IMG/VR virus record: IMGVR_UViG_3300021356_000010
Coordinates: 17,721 to 81,720 of that record
Source of the DNA: a virus
DNA: 64,000 bases
Strand: one strand, 5' to 3'
The notes under the pieces: model-generated
Databases searched by the model: none
What the model was told of the DNA's origin: nothing
The model's input: the letters and a program-made list of their open reading frames with translations, nothing else
In this document: one piece after another, positions 11,201-21,200 of the stretch
Numbering within the stretch: the first letter of the stretch is position 1
Layout of the letters: the number at the start of each line of letters is the position of its first letter
Translations under genes and position numbers: made by a program

Positions 11201-13341
11201 ACAAAATTACCAGATAAAGTTTTCACAAAAAGCATGTTGGTCGTAGTATATACTCCATTTGGAGCTCCTTCAACTACACCATATGCACCACTAGTCAATC
11301 CGAATACATACTTTCCTTCATCAAAAGTTTCAGATTGGATTCTGGAGTCTAGTAAGATTTTTGTAAAGAATGAAGGATCAAAATAAGAGAATCCAAAAAC
11401 AGCATTGTAAGCAGCAGTTCCTGCAGATAATCTTCCCTTAGACAGAACAATATCGGCATCAGGATTAAAACCATCTCCTCTGCTTTGTAGAGAGAAATTA
11501 CTTGGTTTTACTTTACCAATTACAGGAGTAATGGTATCGCTATAATCAACAACAAATCCTAGTTCGTTGTCTCCTATGGTAGCATCGGATTGTGAGAGAT
11601 ACAATCTTCTGATATATCCAGGATCTCCATCGTCATACTCTCTTAAAAGTAGATCTACTTCATCTTTGTCTCCAAACACTGTCAATTCTAAGAATTGAAC
11701 TGACTCAGCAGAATTGATGAGAGGTCTATTTACGGATGCAAATGATAGAGAAGTTACAGATCCAATAGAAGTAGCAGATCCTGTGTCATCTCTAGAGGTA
11801 ACATAATATAGAGTTCCAATTTGACTCTCGAAAGTTCCATCAGTGATCCCTACTAGAGGATTAGTAGCACTAGTTACTTGAATTGTAATAGTTTTGATTG
11901 CATCATTGGAAGAGAAAATTTTGCCTCTTCTAGACAAAGTTTGTCTGTGATCTGTAGATGCTTCTGTATTGCTTAATCCAATAGAACCATCATTAAATGT
12001 AGAATATAAGAATACATCAGGATATGCTGTAAGATCAGATCCTTCTTTGTTTAGTGGAGTGCTACCATAAACGTTAGTAACACTGAACGTTGGAAGTCCT
12101 CTAGTCTTTAGAGTTACATTATCGCTAGATAGACTTTCTCTTGCTTTGTTGATCTCAAGATATTTGGTCTCTTTATTGACAATTTCATATCCTTTAATAT
12201 ATGCTTTTCCTGGTCCAATGCTAGCGATCATCTTTCTAGATGCTTCACTAGCAGAAATACCATTGTAGAGACCAATGTCATCTACTGCATAAATTCCGTT
12301 GTTATTATCTTTCTGAGCATACTCTCTGACATCAACAGAGAAATTATCTACAACATAATCTCCGCTTTCATCATACGTTCTTCTTGCAAGAGTTTGCTCA
12401 AGAATGCTATAATTTGTTGGAGTAACCTTTTTCTGAATGACTCCTCTAAGAACAGTGATTAACTGAATAAAGTTTCTATCAGTGATTGCATTTACAGCAA
12501 ACTCTTTTAGTGAAAGGTTAATCTTTAGTCTATGAGCTCCAGGTGCTGTATAGTTTGATGATCCAATAGCATTATCGTAGAGACTTGGATCTTCTTCTGG
12601 AGTTACAATTTCTTCGTTAATAACAAAACCAACTTTTGCAGATGGTTTGTCATAATACTCATCAATGATTAAAAGTTCTTCGTTGTTTCTTACAAAGAAT
12701 CCATTGACAAAGTAAATACCTTCTTCTACTTTTACAGCAGAAGCATAACCCATTGCTGGACTTTCTAGAGAAGTAACTTCTCCTGTGTCTGGGTTGGTAA
12801 CTTGAATACTGGTTGGGAGGACACTACCGTCCGTTCCAACAACCATTAGTGGTGTATTTACACCATCTACTACCTCAATGGTTTCCCCCTGTCTAAAGGT
12901 CTCCTCTGAGTTAGAATTACCACTGTTAAGATAATTTACATACAGAGTGTCTGCTGCCTCTTCTGTAGCAGTATTAGCATCAAGGACTGTTGCTAGTACG
13001 CCAGAATTTAATCCTCTGATCTGTAGTCCTTTGAGTAAGGTAATATCGTATTTTTTATATACGATATCATTTCCTTCCCCAACTGCAACTTCAGATACAG
13101 AGGATAGTTTTACGTAATCTAATTTTGTATTAAGACCTACTTCTCCAGGGACAACTAATTGTCCCTGCTTGAAGGCGTATTTTCCAAAACTTTCAACCTG
13201 ATTCTGTAGAATCGATTGAAGTTGAGTTAATTCTCTACCTTGAATAGAGTAACCAGGACGAAAAAGAATTTTATAGAAATTCTTATTTACGTCAAAGTCA
13301 TCGTAGTATGGTGATGCATTAAGGTTAGTCTTCTGAGGCAT
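5230..13341 (-). CDS. VrlC-like (DUF4815) large virion structural protein (2703 aa)
   Basis: N-terminus NLNASPYYDDFD..KNFYKILFRPG..IQGRELTQLQSILQNQ; internal YTMRDIGKLEKRIERLEYYTTL, DRFKSGFLVDNF and PLAQTF motifs; downstream of gp8. Confidence 0.9.
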   Translation of the reverse strand: MPQKTNLNASPYYDDFDVNKNFYKILFRPGYSIQGRELTQLQSILQNQVESFGKYAFKQGQLVVPGEVGLNTKLDYVKLSSVSEVAVGEGNDIVYKKYDITLLKGLQIRGLNSGVLATVLDANTATEEAADTLYVNYLNSGNSNSEETFRQGETIEVVDGVNTPLMVVGTDGSVLPTSIQVTNPDTGEVTSLESPAMGYASAVKVEEGIYFVNGFFVRNNEELLIIDEYYDKPSAKVGFVINEEIVTPEEDPSLYDNAIGSSNYTAPGAHRLKINLSLKEFAVNAITDRNFIQLITVLRGVIQKKVTPTNYSILEQTLARRTYDESGDYVVDNFSVDVREYAQKDNNNGIYAVDDIGLYNGISASEASRKMIASIGPGKAYIKGYEIVNKETKYLEINKARESLSSDNVTLKTRGLPTFSVTNVYGSTPLNKEGSDLTAYPDVFLYSTFNDGSIGLSNTEASTDHRQTLSRRGKIFSSNDAIKTITIQVTSATNPLVGITDGTFESQIGTLYYVTSRDDTGSATSIGSVTSLSFASVNRPLINSAESVQFLELTVFGDKDEVDLLLREYDDGDPGYIRRLYLSQSDATIGDNELGFVVDYSDTITPVIGKVKPSNFSLQSRGDGFNPDADIVLSKGRLSAGTAAYNAVFGFSYFDPSFFTKILLDSRIQSETFDEGKYVFGLTSGAYGVVEGAPNGVYTTTNMLFVKTLSGNFVSGETIRDEAGNTLKIATNNTISHFVVQNRGLGYSSLSTLLINGVEYDSSKIQLSIAGEDATGKIYKVEIKDRNSVNIEYAQPPAVTALQAEGVAQPQTAAAIVPVLVRNAVTTYTPQNVKSIGCQYGSGNANTFTADLVVDSQTYSEIKSVTDFTFFGSKGYKFIESTSFSADASGVLQQGDLVQFSDVDNNLVRAVVQYATEQSGPSKTRVYLDIALPGDVTNTSIVRLRPKVQNPNAGTLVFPTGSKQVEQISAGGDDTKIKYYFRRDFVTTASSGGGTITFAAQLPFGTQRFVAFNEDNYIITVLDPGDAPDLTVGDIVYVPTDSVEITSATDTASGLTSGSISLQLPSTYFGTIPTNGTFPKLKLSSTIEVTNAKPRLKTSVENKRIVISASGDRVIPFRGTDYDSEVVEILTYSDAYKLNFVYEGTASQAPTIDSAGNLISGTDVTDRFTFDNGQRDTILDVSRIVLKPGFEATSGQLVISFDYFEHSQGDFCTIDSYLHEAGVTEDEIPGFNSAVHGNLELKNVIDFRPKVDSNAIIPGFQDQSSLSVTTGQFSGPGSVIASTPAPDKNLEYTFSFSQIQYLDRIDGVFLNKKGEFIVKEGNSSLNPTKPDPIEDAIPLFYAYIPAYTSSSKNVRITPVDNRRYTMRDIGKLEKRIERLEYYTTLSILEQQALNMQVKDSIGLDRFKSGFLVDNFEEHRVGNISSADYLCSIDSQQSVLRPQSKEDSLALREVNTREDQRTVAGYQKTGNVVTLPYTSLSLLGNNFASKTLNPNPFVVIQYVGDASINPSIDQWYDDTVEPLIVNTNTSLYNIFIAKENIRDSFSSLFNSFAINWVGTSSSFTSIVSLGEINTLEANATVSMASIGSSSNVNPQNNEVAKGVQSKTVGNSIVSDSLQFFARSIPVRFVLRRLKPNTKVSVFLEGRNIDRWVNPDFRFTGTATNSLSAFNGDIVTDENGNASGLILVPAGHPPRENSTWTGDVATVDYDSSFEEVRVTAGVKTIRFTSSATDENKNNVDTYAEVKFYATGVLPQNPSGIVSTKPAYFKANEGVQIVDNNTENPIRPNPLAQTFKVENYDGGLFVTGIDLFFNKKSSNIPVKVYLTDVEGDKPGKNIVPGTEKTLTPDTYLKIFTTGTVTVDVGESVIGSSSAASGPIKKIIDKNGVELIPSSTGKIAITNEQVYTLVLSNHNGRSFQQNENLTIGSVTTANNTNGTNFTVSIAKDSGKVSNIKITNPGANYDSAILTIESPQIPGGSVATARIDVSDGKIYNAEVVLNGFGYTEPPAVVIKGIGNGAGGCQVETFIDIDTPAVRMGVAIDDVEVSGAIESSTPTYFAFDNPIYLQNDTEYALAVETDSVDYAIWASRLGETDVATNTIITTQPSLGSVYRSQNIDTWTEDIFEDIKFTLYRAEFSITRPAELVLTNEKLGYEKLDINPFKTDASSNTNATSLLFGNNNSIVKVAHRDNGFEDRGNSYVFYRGAQETAGITAETLNSVLFQVDNSGIDTYTIRSTNQSAGNAVGGGSDVFATYNRKFETLYPQVHYLSFTGTTLESTVKTTNVVPVDSTTTNYTSYSQTDYEKTFLNEPHYFTNQKMVTSEINETLNSLDTSLEYKLSLSSTVSYLSPLVDLSSCSVKTISNRIENGSGTEDRYGRRNQVVSFYPIYSFTLTGNQNTEIQSNQTIKGKTSKAAGTIAKIDGSTVFVRIKTSQIFEKGEEVDLGNQLSLSGVTVDSALTQIITSINDASVIVARNPSIILETYENIITGRAVIWNNKTQELTVRNDARPINDDYNGRIIDNVLFNRNAVVNAQVADIFRVGDFVKYPDQPDDEASFLEISTVSYTNGVEFVAENTSKNSSSVAKYVTKEVSISSPATTIDVRLTANLKDVSNVAVLYKFKKASSQENFDDIDWQYFNVDGSPDTLEIANPENTISSIVEKQSSYQELAFSVSDLPEFSSFAVKVVMKGVDPAFVPKIQDIRVVASF

Positions 13342-13377
13342 TGTACTCCGCCGATAATACTAATATTCTCGTAGAAG

Positions 13378-13383
13378 TATTTA
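13378..13383 (-). promoter_or_regulatory. Putative late promoter (TAAATA)
   Basis: CTAAATAC in the gap between gp8 and VrlC. Confidence 0.5.
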
Positions 13384-13399
13384 GCGAAGTTTCTAGGAA

Positions 13400-15211
13400 T
13401 CAGAACTCGATAACTAGTTTGATATCTTCAATCTGGTCTTGAGCACGGGTGATAAGACGACGGTTCTCGACGTAAATTACCTCACCAGAGTTGTTCTCGA
13501 TTTCTGGAGCAGCAAGACCAGATGCGAAGGTCTTACCTAGTAGAGAACCAGCATATCCTGTATCAACAGTTCCAGAAGCAGCAGATAGTCCGCCGCTAAC
13601 TGCGTTTGCACCATTGCTCTCGAATGCACGAACAACACCTTGATCGGTATGTGCCTTTGTTGTTTGGAGATACTTGAGAACACCATCAGTGGTAGAACCC
13701 TGATCTAGTGTCCAGGAAACGACAGTACCGTATGCAGTACCACCAGTTACAGTCTGGGTAATGGTCTCATCAGGGATATAGTCCGCAGTTGCTCCACTGA
13801 TCTTAATTGCCTTGAGACCAGAAAGAGTATCTGCAGTAGCAAAATCAGTAGTGCCCCATAGTTGTGGATCCTTGATAATACCAATTCTACGGAAGTCGTT
13901 ATCAACAGGGAAGTCTCCTTGACCTTCCGCAAACTCGATGCGAATGTTGGTCATGACACGCTTACCATTCAACTCTTGCTCATGGTTCGATGCGTGTCCT
14001 CCTTGTGGAGGTAGAATTGCTTCTAGAGCACCAACAGCGTTAGCAGCAGTTGCAACTGCTGAAGATAGACCAGCATCAGAGAAGAGGTTACCGTTGCCGA
14101 GGAGAACGTTAGCATAAGTGTAACCTGATCCTCTTGCTTCGATTCTTGCAGCAGTGATAGTACCAGAACCATCAGTGTCGAAAGCAACTACTCCACCAGC
14201 ACCGTCTCCTTTGATGGAGGTGTATAATGTCTGTGAAGCAGGAAGGTTTGTACCAGCATTCTCAACTAGAACAACATCAACAGCACCATCAACAGCAAGT
14301 GCAGTCGCTTCTTGTCTTGAGGTGTTAGATGCTAGAACGATTGGAAGGAAATCTGATGAGAGGAATCTTACAGCATCATCGATTTCTAGTTTGTACATGA
14401 ACTTCCAGATGTATCCAGCACCAGTAGTTTCAGTGTATAAACCAGTAGCAGCGTTATAGTTTGCTCCACCTCTTGATGGTTCCTCAGTAGCGTTTTGACC
14501 AGCTGGGTTTGCTGGGTTTTCGCCGTTGTAGAGGCACTTGAATACTTCGTAAGTTCCGTTCATTACGTAGAACTTAGCATCAGCAATGCTATTTGCACCC
14601 GTTGCAGTTTGCTTACCAACTTGACCACCGCCACCAGGGGTAGCAGAGTAGTCAGGTTTCCACATGTCAAACTTAGGGTTCGTTACGACATCCCAGTTGT
14701 AACGACGAATTACTGTTCTGGCATAAGCGGTAGTAATTCTCTTAGCGGCAATAATTTCGTCGTAAAGACCAAACTTCTCGTCCTGGTTGTCTAGTGGAAG
14801 AGGGGGAATGTCCTCTGTTGCGTAGCGATAGACTCCAGTAACAGCAGTAGCACTGGTAGTAGTAGAACCACCATCTGCAGTTTCGAGAAGAGTGCTGCCT
14901 AGTGGAGGAACAGAACTGATTCCGTTTGCTCCAAAAATACTCGATAGAAGGAGGGCACCGTCATAAACAGCAGCAACCGTAGCACGGAATGCTGTTGATC
15001 CATACGTTCCAACAAAGACCTCATTGCCAACAGTAAAGTTGGTTGAAGACTTCGTATGGACCTCTAGGTATGCGGACCATTCTTGAGGGCGTCCTACGAA
15101 GAAGTACATTCTTGAACGCTCGGCGCTAGTATCGGTAGCACCCTCAGAAAGCGACTCTAGGAATTGAGACGCATTAAAAATTCTAAACTTATCAGAGATA
15201 ATAGCAGCCAT
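13400..15211 (-). CDS. gp8: Baseplate wedge subunit gp8
   Basis: MAAIISDKFRIFNA..F; FYVMN..YEVFKCLYN; GYIWKFMY; FRRIGIIKDP; C-terminal SGEVIYVENRRLITRAQDQIEDIKLVIEF. Confidence 0.9.
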   Translation of the reverse strand: MAAIISDKFRIFNASQFLESLSEGATDTSAERSRMYFFVGRPQEWSAYLEVHTKSSTNFTVGNEVFVGTYGSTAFRATVAAVYDGALLLSSIFGANGISSVPPLGSTLLETADGGSTTTSATAVTGVYRYATEDIPPLPLDNQDEKFGLYDEIIAAKRITTAYARTVIRRYNWDVVTNPKFDMWKPDYSATPGGGGQVGKQTATGANSIADAKFYVMNGTYEVFKCLYNGENPANPAGQNATEEPSRGGANYNAATGLYTETTGAGYIWKFMYKLEIDDAVRFLSSDFLPIVLASNTSRQEATALAVDGAVDVVLVENAGTNLPASQTLYTSIKGDGAGGVVAFDTDGSGTITAARIEARGSGYTYANVLLGNGNLFSDAGLSSAVATAANAVGALEAILPPQGGHASNHEQELNGKRVMTNIRIEFAEGQGDFPVDNDFRRIGIIKDPQLWGTTDFATADTLSGLKAIKISGATADYIPDETITQTVTGGTAYGTVVSWTLDQGSTTDGVLKYLQTTKAHTDQGVVRAFESNGANAVSGGLSAASGTVDTGYAGSLLGKTFASGLAAPEIENNSGEVIYVENRRLITRAQDQIEDIKLVIEF

Positions 15212-15245
15212 TGGTTTTCTGTTCCGACGTAATTTGTGCCTGAGT

Positions 15246-15253
15246 TATTTATA
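15246..15253 (-). promoter_or_regulatory. T4 gp55-type late promoter TATAAATA
   Basis: Perfect TATAAATA on the minus strand about 35 nt upstream of gp8, with additional TAAATA copies adjacent. Confidence 0.75.
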
Positions 15254-15266
15254 TTTATGCAGTTAT

Positions 15267-18200
15267 TTAGGAAATTGAGAAGGGGATCAACTCATCAAGA
15301 CGATTAATGCTGTTTATTCCACTATAAAGAGTACAACCAGTGAATGAGTTCGCAGTTGTACCAGTATATTGAATAACTGCTCCAGTGCTAGTAAATAAGT
15401 ATCCTTCACTTGGGAAGTATGTAGTTGATCCAAGAACATTAATTGTAGATGGTATCAATCCCTGAGTGTCAGATATAGCAACTGGATTTTGAATTGATGC
15501 GGTAGCAAGATTGAAGTAATCGCCTGCTAGAGTGTAACTAGAATTCGCACGCTCCACAAAATCGTTAATTGTCAAGTTTGGATAGTAGAATTCAATATCT
15601 AGTAGTGACAATCCAGAAACATCACATACACCATCATCTAGAATTTGATCGAAGTTTTTCAAAGTTGGACCAGCATTTCCAGTTGTGTATTGTCCGACAT
15701 ACTCTGTCGAAGCTCCAGATGCATTAGTAATAGCAACGATGTTGCCATTTCTTTGTGTAACAGTATATGGTTCAGGAATATCAATGAATCCAGCTCTTGT
15801 TAAGATTGGATCACTGAATATTACAGATTCCTCATATCCGTCAATCACACCAGATGGTGGAGTGAATAGAAGTACTTCTAGAGTTTCTTTTCTCAACTGA
15901 GAATTTGACTGTACCGATAGTACAGAGTTAGAAACTTGTGTAGAAGATGATGATAGGAAGTTAGTTTGATCAGCAGTAATTTCAAGTGAAACTACTCTCT
16001 CACCAGGAGGAATGACTACGCTAGTGATAGAATCTACGAATGCTGAAATTTCTACTCCAACTACAGTTACGGTAGAAGTATTTTCAATTGTTACATCGGG
16101 AGTAATTACTTGAATACCAGTAACTCTCTCAGTTGTTCTTACATCCGATGCTATTCTCATAGTAACAACTTGAGAATCAGATTCAATTCTGGTGACGCCA
16201 CCGTATGCTACAGATACTGGATCTGGAATCTGTAATACAAATGTTCCTGCTGGATGTAACTGTGCAGTTGTTCCCTCTTGTCCTCTCTGGACATTCAAGA
16301 ATCTTCCAAAACCTTTACGGTAGTATCTAACTACTTCCGTTCCAATCTGTAAGTATCCATTAGAACTAAACTTAGTAACATCGGGAACAAATACAATATT
16401 GTCGGTTGGATCCAAATCAATAGACAAGAATGCACCAACAGAATGGTAATGACCAGCATTAATATCAGTATTGTCAATCTGGTTAGTTACTATAGAAGTG
16501 ACTTCTCTAGAAGAAATCAGAGAAGAAGTAGAAATAATATCATCAACACGACCAGATATAATAGATACGTATTCATTTGGTGCTGTTGATGCCGTAACAG
16601 TAACGATTGTACCTACACCACCCGAGAGGGTTGTAATGCTATTAACACCAGCAGTGAGACCAGTTCCAACGTTCTCTTCCAAATAAATCTCACATTCAAT
16701 TACTCTATCAAGATCTCTAGGACTCTCAAAGAGAATTGTAGTAAATGATTCTACACCAGGAACTTGGTTTCCAAGTTCAGTAATCGTCGAAGATGACGAC
16801 ATAATAAATGCAGGTAGAGTCGAATTGATTCCACCATTGATAGTAGAAACACCAAATCCTCTTCCTTGCAAGATCTCATATCTTCTTGCAACAACAACTC
16901 TTGGTGCTTCTGTGTATCCAGATCCACCCTCAAGCAGATCAACACTGATAACTTGACCTTTACTTACAAGAACTACTGCTTTAGCGCCGCCACCATTTCC
17001 ATTTTTTGGAATGAAATGTAATACTGGTGGTGTATAATATTGATATGCAGTTGGTTGAGTCAAAGGATCATAACTACGTTGATTCCACTCAAGACTTACA
17101 ACTGATCCGTTTTCAATCTTGGCGACAATACTCAGTCCTTCGCCTCTAGTTACACCATTATATGCTTCGACTTGAGCGATACCAAAATTGGAACCAGAGA
17201 CATATCCTTGATTTCTATGTTCTTTAGAGGTTGTTGTTTCTGGTGCTTTCTTAACTCTTCTAAAGTCACTCTCACCCTCAATTCTTACATAGTCCTCATC
17301 TGACAGAGAAACAAAAGGATCTCTATAATACTTACCAATAAATGTTCCACGCCAAGCGTTTTCTGATACTGGATATGCTAGTTTGAGTCTTCCGTCCTCA
17401 TCAGTAACATAAGATATGCTGGATCCAGAAGAATTCAATCCAATAATTCTATTATTAGAATAATCTCCTTTAATTCCTACAACAACATCAACACCTTGAA
17501 TCAAATCACATTTCTGACCTTCAAGAGTAAAGGTTAATATGTTGGAAGATTGTGATGGATTTGTAAGTTGTCCGATAACATTGAAAGATCCATTAGGATT
17601 GACTTGCCATGCATGGAAAGATTCGGAAGAATTCAAACCAATCCAGTTCAACAATTCAGTTGCTCCAGAAGCAACATCAAATGTTACTGTACCTTGTGCA
17701 TAGAAAGTATCTTGATTAAAATCGTGGAAATTGATAATTTGATCTAAATCTCTTCCATAGAGATATCTCATATCAATTTTGGTATCCTTCTTAATTGGAA
17801 CGTTGAAAGAGATTGTAGATCCTGCTACACTATAAGAATATTCTCTTCTCTGTAAAACTCCATCTAAGAATACAAACAAGTAATCTTGCTGTTCAATTTC
17901 TTGTGATGTGTTATCTTCAACGTCAAGAATTAAGAAAGGACCACCTCTAACTTCATCTACTAGTGCATAATCAATAGTTAATCTCTTGTAGTTTCCTACT
18001 CCAACACCAGCGACTAGCTCTACTGCTGTTGGTTCTCCAATGCTCTTAGCACTAAAGTCTTGATCCCAAATAGGAGCAACATCAAATACTAATTTGTTTG
18101 GAATAGTTGTTCTATCAATATAGTATGCATCAGAAAGAGGATACGATTCTGTATATTTTGGTCTCTGTAAGACAGCATTCAGTGTTAGGAATAGATCTTC

Positions 18201-21200
18201 GTCCTCTTCAGTATTGACCTCTGTGTCGTCATCCCAATACATATCAAAAGTAGTGGTCTCTCCATCTAAGAAGTCTGGAGTAGATCTAGTAACACTGGTG
18301 CCATTAAGAATATCACTTACATTGTTAAACAACGAATCTACAGATGAAATAACATCGTTGCACTCTTGTGCTGTCAATAGAGGATCAGGAATTATGTTAT
18401 AATTAGAATATGTTAAGGTTCTACTCCAGTTTCCAGCATAATTCGAATTGATGTTGGTTTTCTCTATTAAACCTTTACCTTCATTCAATATAGTATTGAT
18501 TATGCTGTAGAAATTATTCAAAGAACTTTCTACCTGAGCACAATATGGGAAAGAAGTATCTGTTGCTACAGTACTATCTGTGAATGGGGGAATAGAAGTA
18601 TATGTTCCTATTCCTAAATTATTTCTCATGGCATCAACCATAAGAACTTTCAATTCATTATATGCACCAGCAAATTCTGCAGGACTTACACCTGCTTTCA
18701 ACTGCTCTGGATATGGATAAAGATTTCTTTCATAGTATAGTTGTGCAAAATCAACTATCTTAAAGTTGCCACCAAGTCTCAAATGATAAACAGTAGCATC
18801 AACATAAGTATCAATATCTTTTACTAAATCTGTCCAAGTAACATTAGGATATTGTGCAGCAAACCATCCAGCAATTTCTTCCTTGAAATATTCTTTATTG
18901 CCAGCAATTAAATCCGACGCATCCCAGAACGTTCCATTGTTAATACCACTGAAGTAGAAAGTTGCACTATCAGAAGCAGAGAATGAAATAGGTGCTTGTA
19001 AAACATCACCAGGATCTACAGCATACTGATTTCCAGGTTGAACTGCACCTGTGCTCGTAGGAATAATATAATCACTACCTCCTGTTGATCCATTCAGATC
19101 AGTGACACCCGCTGCAGCACCGCCGCCTCCACCAGAGTTTGCTAGAGCAGCATTGTTTAAAGTGACTTGTGTATCACTATCAATAGAAACAATTTTAGTT
19201 CCAGATGCGAATGCAGTACCAGAACTAATAAACATTCCAATAGCTAGATTATTAGTATTGGCAACTGTTACCTGTCTAGATCCTTGAATATATGCAACAT
19301 TCTCTTCTACAATATCCCAGTTTCTAACTGCTAATTTAGCGAGGTTAGTAGCATACTTGAATATATCTAAAGACTCAGTTTTATTAGTTGTGATATAATT
19401 GTAATCATCATCTGAATTGAATATTGAGAGATAATCTACAGTTTTAATGTTTCCACCAAAACGTACATCGTGTTCATATGCATCAATAATAAATCCAACA
19501 TCTTCTAGATAATCATCAATCTTAGTGCTCCAATCTAAATTTGGATGCTTCTCTCTACCATATCCTACTGCTTCCTCAACAATAAATTCTCTATTTCTTT
19601 CAATTTGATTTGCAGCATCTAACCATCTTCCATTTCTCTGGAAAATATTTCTCAGTTTCTTGAAATACTGGTTGTTATATTGATTATCTTTGAACTCAAT
19701 ATATCTTCCATAGAATACTGTACCATCATAAGAAGTTAGATCTGTAAGATTAGTTCCAGTCAATTTAGATGATGGACCCAAAGGTGCTTGGGAGAAAACA
19801 ATCTTATCACCTGACACTGTATAAGAAACTTCTGGTTCTTGCAGAATACCATTCAACGTGATAATAAGATTCTTTGCACTGACTGGGGTAAAGGGATTAC
19901 CTTGATCATCTAGGAGTTGGAAAATCTTTTGTCCAACATTCTCTGCACCACCAGTGTAACCAGTTGTTGCATCAACACCATTGACTCCATTGAAAGGATC
20001 GGCAAGAGTAACCTCAAATGCTCTTGTTTCAGAAAAATTAAATTCTGATGCATGAGCAGTACCAACTCCTTTGATTTCTTTAGTGCTCTTCGAACTGGTT
20101 ACAGTCTGAGTTACAATTCTTCTGGTGCTCTCTACACTAATCTTGTTCTTTTCTGGATCCCAAAGTTGAATAATAGTAAAATTGTCAGACTTTGGAGACT
20201 GCGCTGGCATTCTAATTTCAGCGTCAGATTCGATATCAACCTGACCAAACAACTTGAATCCAGCTGGATGAGTTGTAGATTTAATCAAGTCTCTCCATTG
20301 ATCAATTGGAGTTTTTGATTTTACAACATATGAATAGTCTTGATAGAAGAAACTGTCAGTTAGTTTTTGATTAGCAACACCAAGTTTTCCTCTATCAGAC
20401 TGATAAGATCCAATGTTATCGTAGAATGATGCAATCTCTTCTGTAAGAGAAGTTACATATACTGTTCTAACCATTCCAGAAGAATTGGAAATTTTTCCTA
20501 CAATAGAAACGGAATTTCTTATACTTCCTACAACATCATCTAATTTGAGTAAATTAGATCCAGATCTCCATTCAGCAACTTTGGCACGGAATACTTCAAT
20601 ACCATTAATAGACTGAGATACCTTCTCACCTTTTAAGAAATTGCCACTAAAATCTTTCAGAGAAATTACATACTTTGTTGTAAAGGTAGAAGATACAGTC
20701 TTGTCTAAATGATATGCTCCACCATTTCTGAAGATGTTGATACTTTGTGGAGTTCCAATAGTATTACTATCAACATATGCTTCTACATCAGATTCAATGA
20801 TTTGAATTGTTGGAGCATAAGTATATCCTCTTCCAGGATTATCTACAGTAATAGAGAAGATCTCTCCATTTCTTGCAACAACATTGAATGTTGCATCAAA
20901 ACCATCTCCATCAATGATGACAACTTTTGGATTTACATAATTAGATCCTTTTTTGTCAATATCGACACCAGTTATTGTTTGTGTAGCAGTATCAAATAAT
21001 ACTGTTGCTTCAGCAATAAAAGTAGAACTAAGATCGCATCCCAAAATAACAGGGACCTTCTTATAGTTTAAACCCAAATTAGAAACATTAATAGAATTAA
21101 TCTCACCAACAGCAAATTGTCCAGATGTGGTGTATGTAATAGTTCCAGATCCATCCCAAAGTGGAATAGATGTCAAGTCATAAACAAATCTATTTGGTGT

